Shown here piece by piece: positions 13,556 through 29,353 of a stretch of 64,000 nucleotides of DNA. The stretch comes from Laetmonice hystrix (Eukaryota): positions 744,001 through 808,000 of the forward strand of contig OZ249436.1 in the NCBI GenBank assembly GCA_965235115.1, read 5' to 3'. Each line of letters opens with the position of its first letter. Within the stretch, counting starts at the first letter, position 1. Both the position numbers and the translations under genes were made by a program. The notes under the pieces were generated by a model that was not told the DNA's origin, did no database searches, and saw only the letters and a list, made by a program, of their open reading frames with translations.

Positions 13556-13844
13556 GTAACTTTTCTACGGAATTGTATTTCATGGCAATTGAGAGTAAAA
13601 AATCAAGTAGGCCTATTGAGTAATTTGTACTTTCTGAAACAAATATGACTAGACCAATTGTAAGTGGAAGATACAGGTCTGTTCCCGTATAAGTCTAGAT
13701 CAAGAGTTTAAAGTACATTTCTGGGATGAAAATATAAGTTAAATTTTTGAAGTCTTTCCTGAAGTAATAATATCAGTGATGGCCTTAGGCCTATAATAGA
13801 TTACAGTTGACATGGATTTTAAAAAATAGTTTTGTTTGTTTCAG

Positions 13845-13976
13845 ATTGTGGGAGTTGATTACGTCTATTTTATTCAAAAAAATTCTTTGGATCGCCGGAA
13901 GAGAACCTTGAAAATTGCAGCCCGGAATGACAGTTTTGCTAGTCGGATAATCATCAATGAGCACTGCTTTTACTCG
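13845..13976 (+). CDS. SEC14L1: Coding exon 3 (IVGVDYVYFIQKN...EHCFYS)
   Basis: tttcag|ATT ... TCG|gtaggt; 132 nt. Confidence 0.95.
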
Positions 13977-14612
13977 GTAGGTTATATACTATTACAGATG
14001 TTCCTCACATTCGTAGCGTTCCTATTGGTCCGGGAAATCTCAGTTGGTGCCTCCCAGGCCAGGAAAGGTCTAGGAATTTTATAACTACATGCTCAAGTCT
14101 GGGAAACCTGAGAGGTCTGGAAATTGGATGGGGAGAGTCAAATATTAGGAGACTCTTTCAGGGTCAGGTTTGCAGTTCTTTAATCATAATTTAAAAGAAA
14201 AAAATTTCATGTGCATGTATGCTTGGTGAGTGAGAAGTCATGTGGGTCCTGAGTTAGCAGAACAAGCAGTTGTTAATGTCCGACTTAGGTTTCCCTAGAT
14301 TACAGATTATGTTGGAACTCTGGGACTCGAGTAAACAAAAGGTGGAGTTCTAGTGGCCCATTGTGTAATTAAAACGTGTAACCCACTGTCAGGGCAATTA
14401 GGAATTCATTTGGCAGGTGCTTTTAGTTTTAGTTTTAATGAAAGAGAAGGATTTAAACCCAAATCAGATTAAAGTATTATGATAGCGTGAACATATCAGT
14501 CTGGAGAAGGTGGGACTTTCTGAATGATGATAATAGAACCTCAGTACTTTTTTGGTGTGTGTGTGTGTGTCCAGACACGTCAGGGAAACCCTGATACACA
14601 CTGATAGTCTGT

Positions 14613-15660
14613 TGGTAGAATATGATAGATGTTGTATATTAGCAGTAAGTAAGACTTGGGAGTCCTAGCAGATATAACTAAATCAGTTATAAATTATTAT
14701 ATGCCTGGTAGAATATGATACATGTTGTATATATTAGCAGTAAGTAAGACTTGGGAGTCCTAGCAGATATAACTAAATCAGTTATAAATTATTATATGCC
14801 TGGTAGAATATGATACATGTTGTATATATTAGCAGTAAGTAAGACTTGAGAGTCCTAGCAGATATAACTAAATCAGTTATGAATTATTATATGCCTGGTA
14901 GAATATACATGTTGTATATTAGCAGTAAGTAAGACTTGGGAGTCCTAGCAGATATAACTAAATCAGTTATAAATTATTTATGTGCCTGACCAGTAGAATA
15001 TGATACATGTTGTATATTAGCAGTAAGTAAGACTTGGGAGTCCTAGCAGATATAACTAAATCAGTTATAAATTATTATATGCCTGGTAGAATATGATACA
15101 TGTTGTATATTAGCAGTAAGTAAGACTTGGGAGTCCTAGCAGATATAACTAAATCAGTTATAAATTATTTATGTGCCTGGTAGAATATGATACATGTTGT
15201 ATATTAGCAGTAAGTAAGACTTGGGAGTCCTAGCAGATATAACTAAATCAGTTATAAATTATTATATGCCCACACAGAGTAGAATATGATACATGTTGTA
15301 TATTAGCAGTAAGTAAGATTTGGGAGTCCTGGCAGATATAACTAAATCAATTATAAATTATTATATGCCTGGTAGAATATGATACATGTTGTATATTAGC
15401 AGTAAGTAAGACTTGGGAGTCCTAGCAGATATAACTAAATCAGTTATAAATTATTATATGCCTGGTAGAATATGATACATGTTGTATATTAGCAGTAAGT
15501 AAGACTTGGGAGCCCTAGCAGATATAACTAAATCAGTTATAAATTATTATATGCCTGGTAGAATATGATACATGTTGTATATTAGCAGTAAGTAAGACTT
15601 GGGAGTCCTAGCGCAGTAGCAGATATAACTAAATCAGTTATAAATTATTTATGTGCCTGA
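14613..15660. repeat. ~92-bp tandem array, ~11 copies (intron 3)
   Basis: ggtagaatatgatacatgttgtatattagcagtaagtaagacttgggag... Confidence 0.95.
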
Positions 15661-16341
15661 TCCCAGCTGATAAGGGAGGGGCAGACTGAAGGTCTACACA
15701 ATCGGGCAGATTAACTATACATGTATAATTGTAATCGACATTAAACCTTTTTTGACATGCAGTAACTTGTAATTTAATAGTGTTGGTGAGGAAAACTGTG
15801 TTAAATTATACCAAAGATTATTGAAGGTGTGTAAGTGCTTTAACACAAAAAGATTAGTTAGGGTTGGGTTTAATTTTATGAAATTATTTTAAAAGCTGTG
15901 ATATACCTTATTGATGGTATCCAAAGCCATGGTAGCTGATATTGACTGATCCAGTCAGACCGAGAACCTCCAAGGCAACATTTCTTAACGTGTATGATCA
16001 TGAAAACATTTTGAGGTTTCCATAAACCAGGGAAATCATGAGTAGAAGGAATGGGCGGCACTGCAGCTGTGCAGCACGAGGATGATATGTGTGGGGACTG
16101 AGAGATATGGTAGGCTGGCCATGCTTGTAGTGTTAGCAATGTTCCAGTTGATTGGTCCCGCAGACAGGGGCAGCTAATCAGTCTAATGGATCCCTGAAGC
16201 TCCAATAAAGATAATGGAAACACTCTGTTCAAGGGTTGGTTGGTCCCGGGCTTTGGTTCAACTGATGTATGCCTCCACTACAGATAGTAGTCGTCCATAT
16301 CACTGACTTAGCCACCATACGTGTTACTATTGCCCTCAGGC

Positions 16342-17148
16342 TATCACCCCCAGCCCACAGCACCTACTCGGTGCAGATATCACCCCCAGCCCACAGCACC
16401 TACTCGGTGCAGATGTCACCCCCAGCCCACAGCACCTACTCGGTGCAGATATCACCCCCAGCCCACAGCACCTACTCGGTGCAGATATCACCCCCAGCAC
16501 CTACTCGGTGCAGATATCACCCCCAGCACCTACTCGGTGCAGATATCACCCCCAGCCCACAGCACCTACTCGGTGCAGATATCACCCCCAGCCCCCGGCA
16601 CCTACTCGGTGCAGATATCACCCCCAGCCCACGGCACCTACTCGGTGCAGATATCACCCCCAGCCCACGGCACCTACTCGGTGCAGATATCAACCCCCAG
16701 CCCACGGCACCTACTCGGTGCAGATATCACCCCCAGCCCACGGCACCTACTCGGTGCAGATATCACCCCCAGCCCCCGGCACCTACTCGGTGCAGATATC
16801 ACCCCCAGCCCACGGCACCTACTCGGTGCAGATATCACCCCCAGCCCACGGCACCTACTCGGTGCAGATATCACCCCCAGCCCACAGCACCTACTCGGTG
16901 CAGATATCACCCCCAGCCCACGGCACCTACTCGGTGCAGATATCACCCCCAGCCCACGGCACCTACTCGGTGCAGATATCACCCCCAGCCCACGGCACCT
17001 ACTCGGTGCAGATATCACCCACAGCACCTACTCGGTGCAGATATCACCCCCAGCCCACGGCACCTACTCGGTGCAGATATCACCCCCAGCCCACAGCACC
17101 TACTCGGTGCAGATATCACCCCCAGCCCACGGCACCTACTCGGTGCAG
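16342..17148. repeat. 39-bp tandem array, ~21 copies
   Basis: atatcacccccagcccacggcacctactcggtgcag. Confidence 0.95.
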
Positions 17149-17537
17149 AGCCGGCTGGAAGGCTGAAATTTAAAGGAAAAATGACAGTATAATCGGGCAA
17201 ATCAACGTCAGCTGCAAAAATAAACGTTTAGCCAAACAAAACTTGTGTTGAGAGATGCTTGTGACTTATTGAGAACTGCAGGCTCCAATATTTAAAACTG
17301 CAAAGTCATCACTATAAGCATGTGGAGTGCTCACGTGCAATAATGGGGGAAATAATACTTGGAACAAGACGTGAAACTCAAGGCTTAAGAAGTCCTTACT
17401 ATACTGTACTCCTGTAAATAATGACTTTAATATCAGATTTATGCTGGAAGCTTACGATACTTTTATTAAAACATCTGACCAAAAGAAGTACATTACAAAA
17501 TTTATTACATTTTTTTGTTGGCCAGGGTAAATTGATG

Positions 17538-19695
17538 CGACATGTTCTCGAGGTTGCAGGCTTGTTGTACAACATGTTCTCGATGTTGCAGGCTTGTTGT
17601 ACGACATGTTCTCGAGGTTGCAGGCTTGTTGTACGACATGTTCTCGAGGTTGCAGGCGTGTTGTACGACATGTTCTCGAGGTTGCAGGCGTGTTGTACAA
17701 CATGTTCTCGAGGTTGCAGGCATGTTGTACGACATGTTCTCGAGGTTGCAGGCGTGTTGTACAACATGTTCTCGAGGTTGCAGGCATGTTGTACGACATG
17801 TTCTCGAGGTTGCAGGCGTGTTGTACGACATGTTCTCGAGGTTGCAGGCGTGTTGTACGACATGTTCTCGAGGTTGCAGGCGTGTTGTACAACATGTTCT
17901 CGAGGTTGCAGGCGTGTTGTACGACATGTTCTCGAGGTTGCAGGCGTGTTGTACGACATGTTCTCGAGGTTGCAGGCGTGTTGTACGACATGTTCTCGAA
18001 GGTTGCAGGCGTGTTGTACAACATGTTCTCGAGGTTGCAGGCGTGTTGTACAACATGTTCTCGAGGTTGCAGGCATGTTGTACGACATGTTCTCGAGGTT
18101 GCAGGCGTGTTGTACAACATGTTCTCGAGGTTGCAGGCATGTTGTACAACATGTTCTCGAGGTTGCAGGCGTGTTGTACAACATGTTCTCGAGGTTGCAG
18201 GCATGTTGTACGACATGTTCTCGAGGTTGCAGGCGTGTTGTACGACATGTTCTCGAGGTTGCAGGCGTGTTGTACGACATGTTCTCGAGGTTGCAGGCGT
18301 GTTGTACATGTTCTCGATGTTGCAGGCGTGTTGTACGACATGTTCTCGAGGTTGCAGGCGTGTTGTACGACATGTTCTCGAGGTTGCAGGCATGTTGTAC
18401 GACATGTTCTCGAGGTTGCAGGCGTGTTGTACGACATGTTCTCGAGGTTGCAGGCATGTTGTACGACATGTTCTCGAAGGTTGCAGGCGTGTTGTACAAC
18501 ATGTTCTCGAGGTTGCAGGCATGTTGTACGACATGTTCTCGAGGTTGCAGGCGTGTTGTACAACATGTTCTCGAGGTTGCAGGCGTGTTGTACAACATGT
18601 TCGAGGTTGCAGGCGTGTTGTACAACATGTTCTCGAAGGTTGCAGGCGTGTTGTACAACATGTTCTCGAGGTTGCAGGCGTGTTGTACAACATGTTCGAG
18701 GTTGCAGGCGTGTTGTACAACATGTTCTCGAGGTTGCAGGCGTGTTGTACGACATGTTCTCGAGGTTGCAGGCGTGTTGTACGACATGTTCGAGGTTGCA
18801 GGCGTGTTGTACAACATGTTCTCGAGGTTGCAGGCGTGTTGTACGACATGTTCTCGAGGTTGCAGGCGTGTTGTACGACATGTTCTCGAGGTTGCAGGCA
18901 TGTTGTACAACATGTTCTCGAGGTTGCAGGCGTGTTGTACGACATGTTCTCGAGGTTGCAGGCATGTTGTACGACATGTTCTCGAAGGTTGCAGGCATGT
19001 TGTACGACATGTTCTCGAGGTTGCAGGCTTGTTGTACGACATGTTCTCGAGGTTGCAGGCGTGTTGTACGACATGTTCTCGAGGTTGCAGGCGTGTTGTA
19101 CATGTTCTCGAGGTTGCAGGCTTGTTGTACGACATGTTCTCGAGGTTGCAGGCGTGTTGTACAACATGTTCTCGAGGTTGCAGGCGTGTTGTACAACATG
19201 TTCTCGAGGTTGCAGGCGTGTTGTACAACATGTTCTCGAAGGTTGCAGGCATGTTGTACGACATGTTCTCGAGGTTGCAGGCGTGTTGTACAACATGTTC
19301 TCGAAGGTTGCAGGCGTGTTGTACAACATGTTCTCGAGGTTGCAGGCGTGTTGTACAACATGTTCGAGGTTGCAGGCGTGTTGTACAACATGTTCTCGAG
19401 GTTGCAGGCGTGTTGTACGACATGTTCTCGAGGTTGCAGGCGTGTTGTACGACATGTTCTCAAGGTTGCAGGCATGTTGTACGACATGTTCTCGAGGTTG
19501 CAGGCGTGTTGTACGACATGTTCTCGAGGTTGCAGGCGTGTTGTACATGTTCTTTAGGTTGCAGGCGTGTTGTACGACATGTTCTCGAGGTTGCAGGCTT
19601 GTTGTACATGTTCTCGAGGTTGCAGGCGTGTTGTACATGTTCTCGAGGTTGCAGGCGTGTTGTACATGTTCTCGAGGTTTCAGGCTTGTTGTACG
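17538..19695. repeat. 32-bp tandem array, ~67 copies, essentially stop-free in all frames
   Basis: gacatgttctcgaggttgcaggcgtgttgtac. Confidence 0.97.
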
Positions 19696-20213
19696 CTCGA
19701 CGTCATATCCCCACCGGGTTTTCCTGTTGTTTATGATGCGGTCCATCTAACACACATATCAGGGGTCTACGTGTGGTAAGGTAAGGCCGGGGGGGGGGTG
19801 TTATTATGTTATATATGGGAGGCCTACCGTCAGGTTTTAAAATCTGTTGAAGCAGTGGCTGGCTTAATGACCTTCAAACCAAGGTCACCAGATGACCTCC
19901 ATGGACTCCTGGGAAGGGCTAATTGTAACTGTAACTTTAACTTACTGGAAGCTAATGAAACTCAACCAGATTACCTGGGTTTAATTCTCCTGAATGAAAA
20001 ATATAATTGTCGGATTGATTCCTTGATCATCTAGCCTGAGTGGCTGTCCCTCGGCTCCTCAGCCTTCCAGCTCAAAGCCTGCAGACAAATGTCAGTGCTC
20101 TTAAAAGGACTTAAGTGTTTAATAAACAGAACCGGCTCAGGTACTGGTGGTCGAGTCTAAAGGCGTGGGTGTGGACGGGGCAGTACACGTTGTGGTGCTT
20201 TCAGCTTCAAAAC

Positions 20214-20654
20214 ATACACAGCTCCCAGACTGACATAATTCCTTACACACACCGCTCCCAGACTGACATAATTCCTTACACACACCGCTCCCAGACTGAC
20301 ATAATTCCTTACACACACCGCTCCCAGACTGACATAATTCCTTACACACACTGCTCCCAGACTGACATAATTCCTTACACACTCCGCTCCCAGACTGACA
20401 TAATTCCTTACACACACCGCTCCCAGACTGACATAATTCCTTACACTCACCGCTCCCAGACTGACATAATTCCTTACACGCTCCGCTCCCAGAATTCCTT
20501 ACACACAACGCTCCCAGACTGACATAATTCCTTACACACACCGCTCCCAGACTGACATAACTCCTTACACACTCCGCTCCCAGACTGACATAATTCCTTA
20601 CACACTCCGCTCCCAGACTGACATAATTCCTTACACACTCCGCTCCCAGACTGA
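20214..20654. repeat. 39-bp tandem array, ~11 copies
   Basis: gctcccagactgacataattccttacacacacc. Confidence 0.95.
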
Positions 20655-20745
20655 AAGACAAGATTTGCCTGGAGCACTAAATGGACGGATTTACAGCAGG
20701 TAAAACATGGTCTTCCATCGTGGCAAAGTGTGGGTGAAATCTGGT

Positions 20746-21682
20746 ACCGGGTTGAGGGTTAGGGGCTGTGTCAGGGATAGGGTCTAGGGACCGGGTTGAG
20801 GGTTAGGGGCTGTGTCAGGGATAGGGTCTAGGGACCAGGTTGAGGGTTAGGGGCTGTGTCAGGGATAGGGTCTAGGGACCGGGTTGAGGGTTAGGGGCTG
20901 TGTCAGGGATAGGGTCTAGGGACCGGGTTGAGGGGTAGGGGCTGTGTCGGGGGTTTAGGGACCGGGTTGAGGGTTAGGGGCTGTGTCGGGGATAGGGTCT
21001 AGGGACCGGGTTGAGGGTTAGGGGCTGTGTCAGGGATAGGGTCTAGGGACCGGGTTGAGGGTTGGGGCTGTGTCAGGGATAGGGTCTAGGGACCGGGTTG
21101 AGGGTTAGGGGCTGTGTCAGGGATAGGGTCTAGGGACCGGGTTGAGGGTTGGGGCTGTGTCAGGGATAGGGTCTAGGGACCGGGTTGAGGGTTGGGGCTG
21201 TGTCAGGGATAGGGTCTAGGGACCAGGTTGAGGGTTAGGGGCTGTGTCAGGGATAGGGTCTAGGGACCGGATTGAGGGTTAGGGGCTGTGTCAGGGATAG
21301 GGTCTAGGGGCCAGGTTGAGGGTTGGGGCTGTGTCAGGGATAGGGTCTAGGGACCGGGTTGAGGGTTAGGGGCTGTGTCAGGGATAGGGTCTAGGGACCG
21401 GGTTGAGGGTTAGGGGCTGTGTCAGGGATAGGGTCTAGGGACCGGGTTGAGGGTTAGGGGCTGTGTCAGGGATAGGGTCTAGGAACCGGGTTGAGGGTTA
21501 GGGGCTGTGTCAGGGATAGGGTCTAGGGACCGGGTTGAGGGTTAGGGGCTGTGTCAGGGATAGGGTCTAGGGACCGGGTTAAGGGTTAGGGGCTGTGTCA
21601 GGGATAGGGTCTAGGGACCAGGTCCAGGGTAGGGGCTGTGTCAGGGATAGGGTCTAGGGACCAGGTCCAGGGTAGGGGCTGT
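20746..21682. repeat. 44-bp G-rich tandem array, ~21 copies
   Basis: gggttgagggttaggggctgtgtcagggatagggtctagggacc. Confidence 0.95.
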
Positions 21683-21748
21683 ATGAAGGGAGAGTTACAC
21701 GTTTTCATGTTGGAGATCGACCCCTGTGAAAGTTTGTTGTATGAGATG

Positions 21749-22102
21749 ATTTCGATGGAGGTGAGCATTGGGTATTGAGGACACAGGTTATTATTTCGAT
21801 GGAGGTGAGCATTGGGTATTGAGGACACAGGTTATTATTTCGATGGAGGTGAGCATTGGGTATTGAGGACATAGGTTATTATTTCGATGGAGGTGAGCAT
21901 TGGGTATTGAGGACATAGGTTATTATTTCGATGGAGGTGAGCATTGGGTATTGAGGACACAGGTTATTATTTCGATGGAGGTGAGCATTGGGTATTGAGG
22001 ACATAGGTTATTATTTCGATGGAGGTGAGCATTGGGTATTGAGGACACAGGTTATTATTTCGATGGAGGTGAGCATTGGGTATTGAGGACACAGGTTATT
22101 AT
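21749..22102. repeat. 45-bp tandem array, ~8 copies
   Basis: atttcgatggaggtgagcattgggtattgaggacacaggttatt. Confidence 0.95.
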
Positions 22103-22144
22103 CGAGAGTGGTCGGAGACGGGTTCCGACTGAATCATTCGGTAT

Positions 22145-22411
22145 GCACGTGTATCATTGTGTACGTCATGTATACAGGTGTAGATCCCCAGTCATAGTGC
22201 ACGTGTATCATTGTGTACGTCATGTATACAGGTGTAGATCCCCAGTCATAGTGCACGTGTATCATTGTGTACGTCATGTACACAGGTGTAGATCCCCAGT
22301 CATAGTGCACGTGTATCATTGTGTACGTCATGTACACAGGTGTAGATTCCCAGTCATAGTGCACGTGTATCATTGTGTACGTCATGTATACAGGTGTAGA
22401 TCTCCAGTCAT
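22145..22411. repeat. 54-bp tandem array, 5 copies
   Basis: gtgcacgtgtatcattgtgtacgtcatgtatacaggtgtagatccccagtcata. Confidence 0.95.
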
Positions 22412-22543
22412 CGTGACAACAGACTTCTATACGTTCACGTGTTGGAACTATTGGATAGAACTGATAGGATTCAGCTGACAAAGCCGTGCGGCAGACAGCC
22501 AGTGTCATGATCATGTTAATGGATAGGTGATCAGATCGAGTAT

Positions 22544-23978
22544 CCTCTCTCTCTGTCCCGCTGCTATGATTGATTAAACTGAACCAGGCTACAAGTTCAG
22601 GTCCAGCATTTCATCTCTCTCTCTGTCCCGCTGCTATGATTGATTAAACTGAAGCCAGGCTACAAGTTCAGGTCCAGCATTTCAGCTCTCTCTCTCTGTC
22701 CCGCTGCTATGATTGATTAAACTGAAGCCAGGCTACAAGTTCAGGTCTAGCATTTCATCTCTCTCTCTCTCTGTCCCGCTGCTATGATTGATTAAACTGA
22801 AACCAGGCTACAAGTTCAGGTCCAGCATTTCATCTCTCTCTCTCTCTCTGTCCCGCTGCTATGATTGATTAAACTGAAGCCAGGCTACAAGTTCAGGTCC
22901 AGCATTTCATCTCTCTCTCTCTCTGTCCCGCTGCTATGATTGATTAAACTGAAACCAGGCTACAAGTTCAGGTCCAGCATTTCATCTCTCTCTCTCTCTC
23001 TCTGTCCCGCTGCTATGATTGATTAAACTGAAGCCAGGCTACAAGTTCAGGTCCAGCATTTCATCTCTCTCTCTCTCTGTCCCGCTGCTATGATTGATTA
23101 AACTGAAACCAGGCTACAAGTTCAGGTCCAGCATTTCATCTCTCTCTCTGTGTCCCGCTGCTATGATTGATTAAACTGAAGCCAGGCTACAAGTTCAGGT
23201 CCAGCATTTCATCTCTCTCTCTCTCTCTCTCTGTCCCGCTGCTATGATTGATTAAGCTGAAACCAGGCTACAAGTTCAGGTCCAGCATTTCATCTCTCTC
23301 TCTCTCTCTGTCCCGCTGCTATGATTGATTAAACTGAAACCAGGCTACAAGTTCAGGTCCAGCATTTCATCTCTCTCTCTCTCTGTCCCGCTGCTATGAT
23401 TGATTAAACTGAAACCAGGCTACAAGTTCAGGTCCAGCATTTCATCTCTCTCTCTCTCTGTCCCGCTGCTATGATTGATTAAACTGAAGCCAGGCTACAA
23501 GTTCAGGTCCAGCATTTCATCTCTCTCTCTCTCTGTCCCGCTGCTATGATTGATTAAACTGAAACCAGGCTACAAGTTCAGGTCCAGCATTTCATCTCTC
23601 TCTCTCTCTCTCTGTCCCGCTGCTATGATTGATTAAACTGAAGCCAGGCTACAAGTTCAGGTCCAGCATTTCATCTCTCTCTCTCTCTGTCCCGCTGCTA
23701 TGATTGATTAAACTGAAACCAGGCTACAAGTTCAGGTCCAGCATTTCATCTCTCTCTCTGTGTCCCGCTGCTATGATTGATTAAACTGAAGCCAGGCTAC
23801 AAGTTCAGGTCCAGCATTTCATCTCTCTCTCTCTCTCTCTCTGTCCCGCTGCTATGATTGATTAAGCTGAAACCAGGCTACAAGTTCAGGTCCAGCATTT
23901 CATCTCTCTCTCTCTCTCTGTCCCGCTGCTATGATTGATTACACTGAAACCAGGCTACAAGTTCAGGTCTAGCATTTC
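22544..23978. repeat. ~70-bp tandem array, ~20 copies, each with a variable (CT)n tract
   Basis: (ct)n gtcccgctgctatgattgattaaactgaaaccaggctacaagttcaggtccagcatttca. Confidence 0.95.
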
Positions 23979-24071
23979 AAATAGGCTTGGGTGAGAACAG
24001 GGAACGCTGACAAAATGTGGGGAGAGAAATAGGATCATGTCAGGATTCTGAATTGTGTACTGATCTAAGTT

Positions 24072-24491
24072 ACACACACAGTCTCTAGCTAACAGATTAC
24101 CGTCAGGTTCACAACACACACAGTCTCTAGCTAACAGATTATCGTCAGGTTCACAACACACACAGTCTCTAGCTCACAGATTATCGTCAGGTTCACAACA
24201 CACACAGTCTCTAGCTAACAGATTATCGTCAGGTTCACAACACACACAGTCTCTAGCTCACAGATTATCGTCAGGTTCACAACACACACAGTCTCTAGCT
24301 AACAGATTATCGTCAGGTTCACAACACACACAGTCTCTAGCTAACAGATTATCGTCAGGTTCACAACACACACAGTCTCTAGCTAACAGATTATCGTCAG
24401 GTTCACAACACACACAGTCTCTAGCTAACAGATTATCGTCAGGTTCACAACACACACAGTCTCTAGCTAACAGATTATCGTCAGGTTCACA
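24072..24491. repeat. 42-bp tandem array, ~10 copies
   Basis: acacacagtctctagctaacagattatcgtcaggttcacaac. Confidence 0.95.
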
Positions 24492-25359
24492 GACATTTTA
24501 AGAACTGTTAGATCTGTCATCTTTCATTAACTTATCTGTGGACATGCAGAGGGAAAACACGTGAGTCTTTAGAGGCCAAGTTGTGAAGTCATGTTGACCA
24601 GTCCCAGACTGGCGGGTACTAGGAGGTCAGCGTTCCGACGGCACCGACCTCTGCCCTTCCTAAAGGTCAGGGTAGTGCCGTCAGGGCCCGCTAGGGGCGT
24701 GGATCCACTCACTATTGGGGGGAGGGGGGTCCATCCTTCAGGCTTCTGCAAATGTTGGTTCAGTATTCCTGGCTTGGTTCAAGGTATTAGAAATATGTTT
24801 CTCTGCCTAGGTAATATAAAATACAACACATCGCTAGAGCTATTAGAATAGGTGATCATTAGTAGGGATACTAGTGGATTCTTGGAATCAAAATGGACTC
24901 AAAGTGGGGTACGTGATCGAATATATTATTCTGAGCGTCACAAGAATTTGTCAGGGTTGTTGGGTATTTTAAATTCGAGTGACCTAAAAATGATATAAGA
25001 TAACTTTACTGTTATTACTGTAGCATCATCTGTTTGCTACTCATTATAAACTACCTTCAATATCTACATTTGAAATATCTACATTTAAACCAGTTACCGC
25101 CGGTACTATGTTAGTCTGAGTAATTTAACCCTAAGGCAATATTTATGACTGATCGGCACAGCAGTTTAGACCATCTTTTATCTGTAAACTACCAGGCAGC
25201 ATGTCAGCTCGCAGACAGACATGTAAGAGAAAAACTTGTTCATTCCTTCTAGTACGTAGTCTTCAGTACAGGCTTCCCTACATGTGGTCCCAGTTCGAGA
25301 AAACAACACCTAGCCGGTTGAAGGCGTGTGTTTGAGCCCCTGCAGCCAGTGGTAGAGTG

Positions 25360-26889
<1,530 letters not shown>

Positions 26890-27081
26890 TAATTATGTCT
26901 CCCCTCATTTGAAAGTGTTGATCGGACTCAACTTTTTGTGCAATTTTTGTGCAGTGTTTATTAAAGTTGCATCAAAAGAAACGCCAGCGAAATTAAGAAC
27001 AATGGTGACGAAGGAGATGCTTCTTTATGGCGTTAAGAAGTGGTATAAATTCATGAGTTGTTTGGCAAACTCTGGACAAGC

Positions 27082-27657
27082 CTGTTCTCCACGGTGCCTG
27101 CTGGAGGTACAAATTCTGCTCCAGTATGTACATTATTGTCTGTTCTCCACGGTGCCTGCTGGAGGTACAAATTCTCCTCCAGTATGTACATTATTGTCTG
27201 TTCTCCACGGTGCCTGCTGGAGGTACAAATTCTGCTCCAGTATGTACATTATTGTCTGTTCTCCACGGTGCCTGCTGGAGGTAAACATTCTCCTCCAGTA
27301 TGTACATTATTGTCTGTTCTGCACGGTGCCTGCTGGAGGTACAAATTCTGCTCCAGTATGTACATTATTGTCTGTTCTCCACGGTGCCTGCTGGAGGTAC
27401 AAATTCTGCTCCAGTATGTACATTATTGTCTGTTCTCCACGGTGCCTGCTGGAGGTACAAATTCTGCTCCAGTATGTACATTATTGTCTGTTCTCCACGG
27501 TGCCTGCTGGAGGTAAAAATTCTGCTCCAGTATGTACATTATTGTCTGTTCTCCACGGTGCCTGCTGGAGGTACAAATTCTGCTCCAGTATGTACATTAT
27601 TGTCTGTTCTCCACGGTGCCTGCTGGAGGTAAACATTCTCCTCCAGTATGTACATTC
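27082..27657. repeat. 58-bp tandem array, 10 copies
   Basis: ctgttctccacggtgcctgctggaggtacaaattctgctccagtatgtacattattgt. Confidence 0.95.
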
Positions 27658-27893
27658 TCGAGGTGGACTCAGCGTGAAGTCCCGGGGGTTTAAGTAAATG
27701 TCACAGGTTAGGTTGTCTTACCGGCGGCTGGTCGACCGGCGGGCCGATATCCATCTGCTGCCGGTGGGAGGGCGAGTCAGTGGCCGGTATTATAATAACT
27801 GTACAGGTGCTCCTAACCAGTGTTCCTAACTGGTTTATCAAAGGCCCGGCGTGTAACGCTATGTCTGTGCAGTCTCTATACCCTCCCACTCAG

Positions 27894-28345
<452 letters not shown>

Positions 28346-29353
28346 GGCATCCTGTCCCGGGTTACCTCTTCTCTCTCAGTGGGTTGTGTCTTTCAGACTC
28401 GTGCTTTCTCAATGACCTCAGCTCATTGGTCTTGGGTTATAACCTTGGAGTCAGGCGATTCCGTCATGCATATACTCTCACCCAGTCCGTGGGTCACACA
28501 ATACGACTTTTAAATGGTTTCATCGTTCGTACTCTCATGGATTTCATAGAATTACATCAATGAAAACCATATTCCTTGTAGTCACATACAATATATATTG
28601 TAAAAGTAGATATTTTTAGACGATAACTTTATTACGCTCAATGTATACTGCCATTTCTAAAATCCATTCACAGAAGGCTGGTATATAAAAAATCCAATCT
28701 TCCGCCAATACAGGGTTGAGTGTGGATAAGGTTCTGAAATTTACTAATGTAATATTAAAGTCACAGATTGGTCAGCAGGGGGGTAAGTGTTAGGTCCCTC
28801 CCCCCCACACACACACGCGCCACGGCTGACTACACAACCCCCAGCCCCCTAACCTACCCCTACCCCCCACCATCCACCACCCACCACCAAGCCAAGAATA
28901 GCACACAGTTCCCGGTGGTTAGACTATGATCAGTGACTTGACTACGTGCAGGCGGACGTTCAAACTGTTTGAGCGCAGTGAACAGAGAAATGTTCAAGAC
29001 ATTCTCTGAACTCGCCGCCTTCAATTAATAACCCTGATTAAACAGATGAAAGAAGCCGCTCTCAACGAGAGAGCGGTCTGACCCGTTCGAGTTCCAAGTC
29101 ATGCAAGTTTTTGAAGTCTGTGAGAAATACTGGTATTTTCAGTTGTCGTCGCAAACATGAGCTTTGTGTCCCAGTATTGATGTTTTGAGGCTAGTATTGT
29201 GGTCTCATTGTAATGTGTGTGTTGAAGTTTACAGTACCGAGTTTTGTATTGTGTCCTTGCCTGAGTGTGATGCTGTATCCTTGTTTTGGTCATCCATATA
29301 ATGGTTGCCGTGTGTACAATTGAAATGTTGTTGACAGGTGACGGCTGAGTTGA

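Noticed and set aside
17399..19750. Six overlapping 660-770 aa ORFs on both strands
   Set aside because: Produced by a stop-free 32-bp unit cycling through frames inside intron 3; no domain signal
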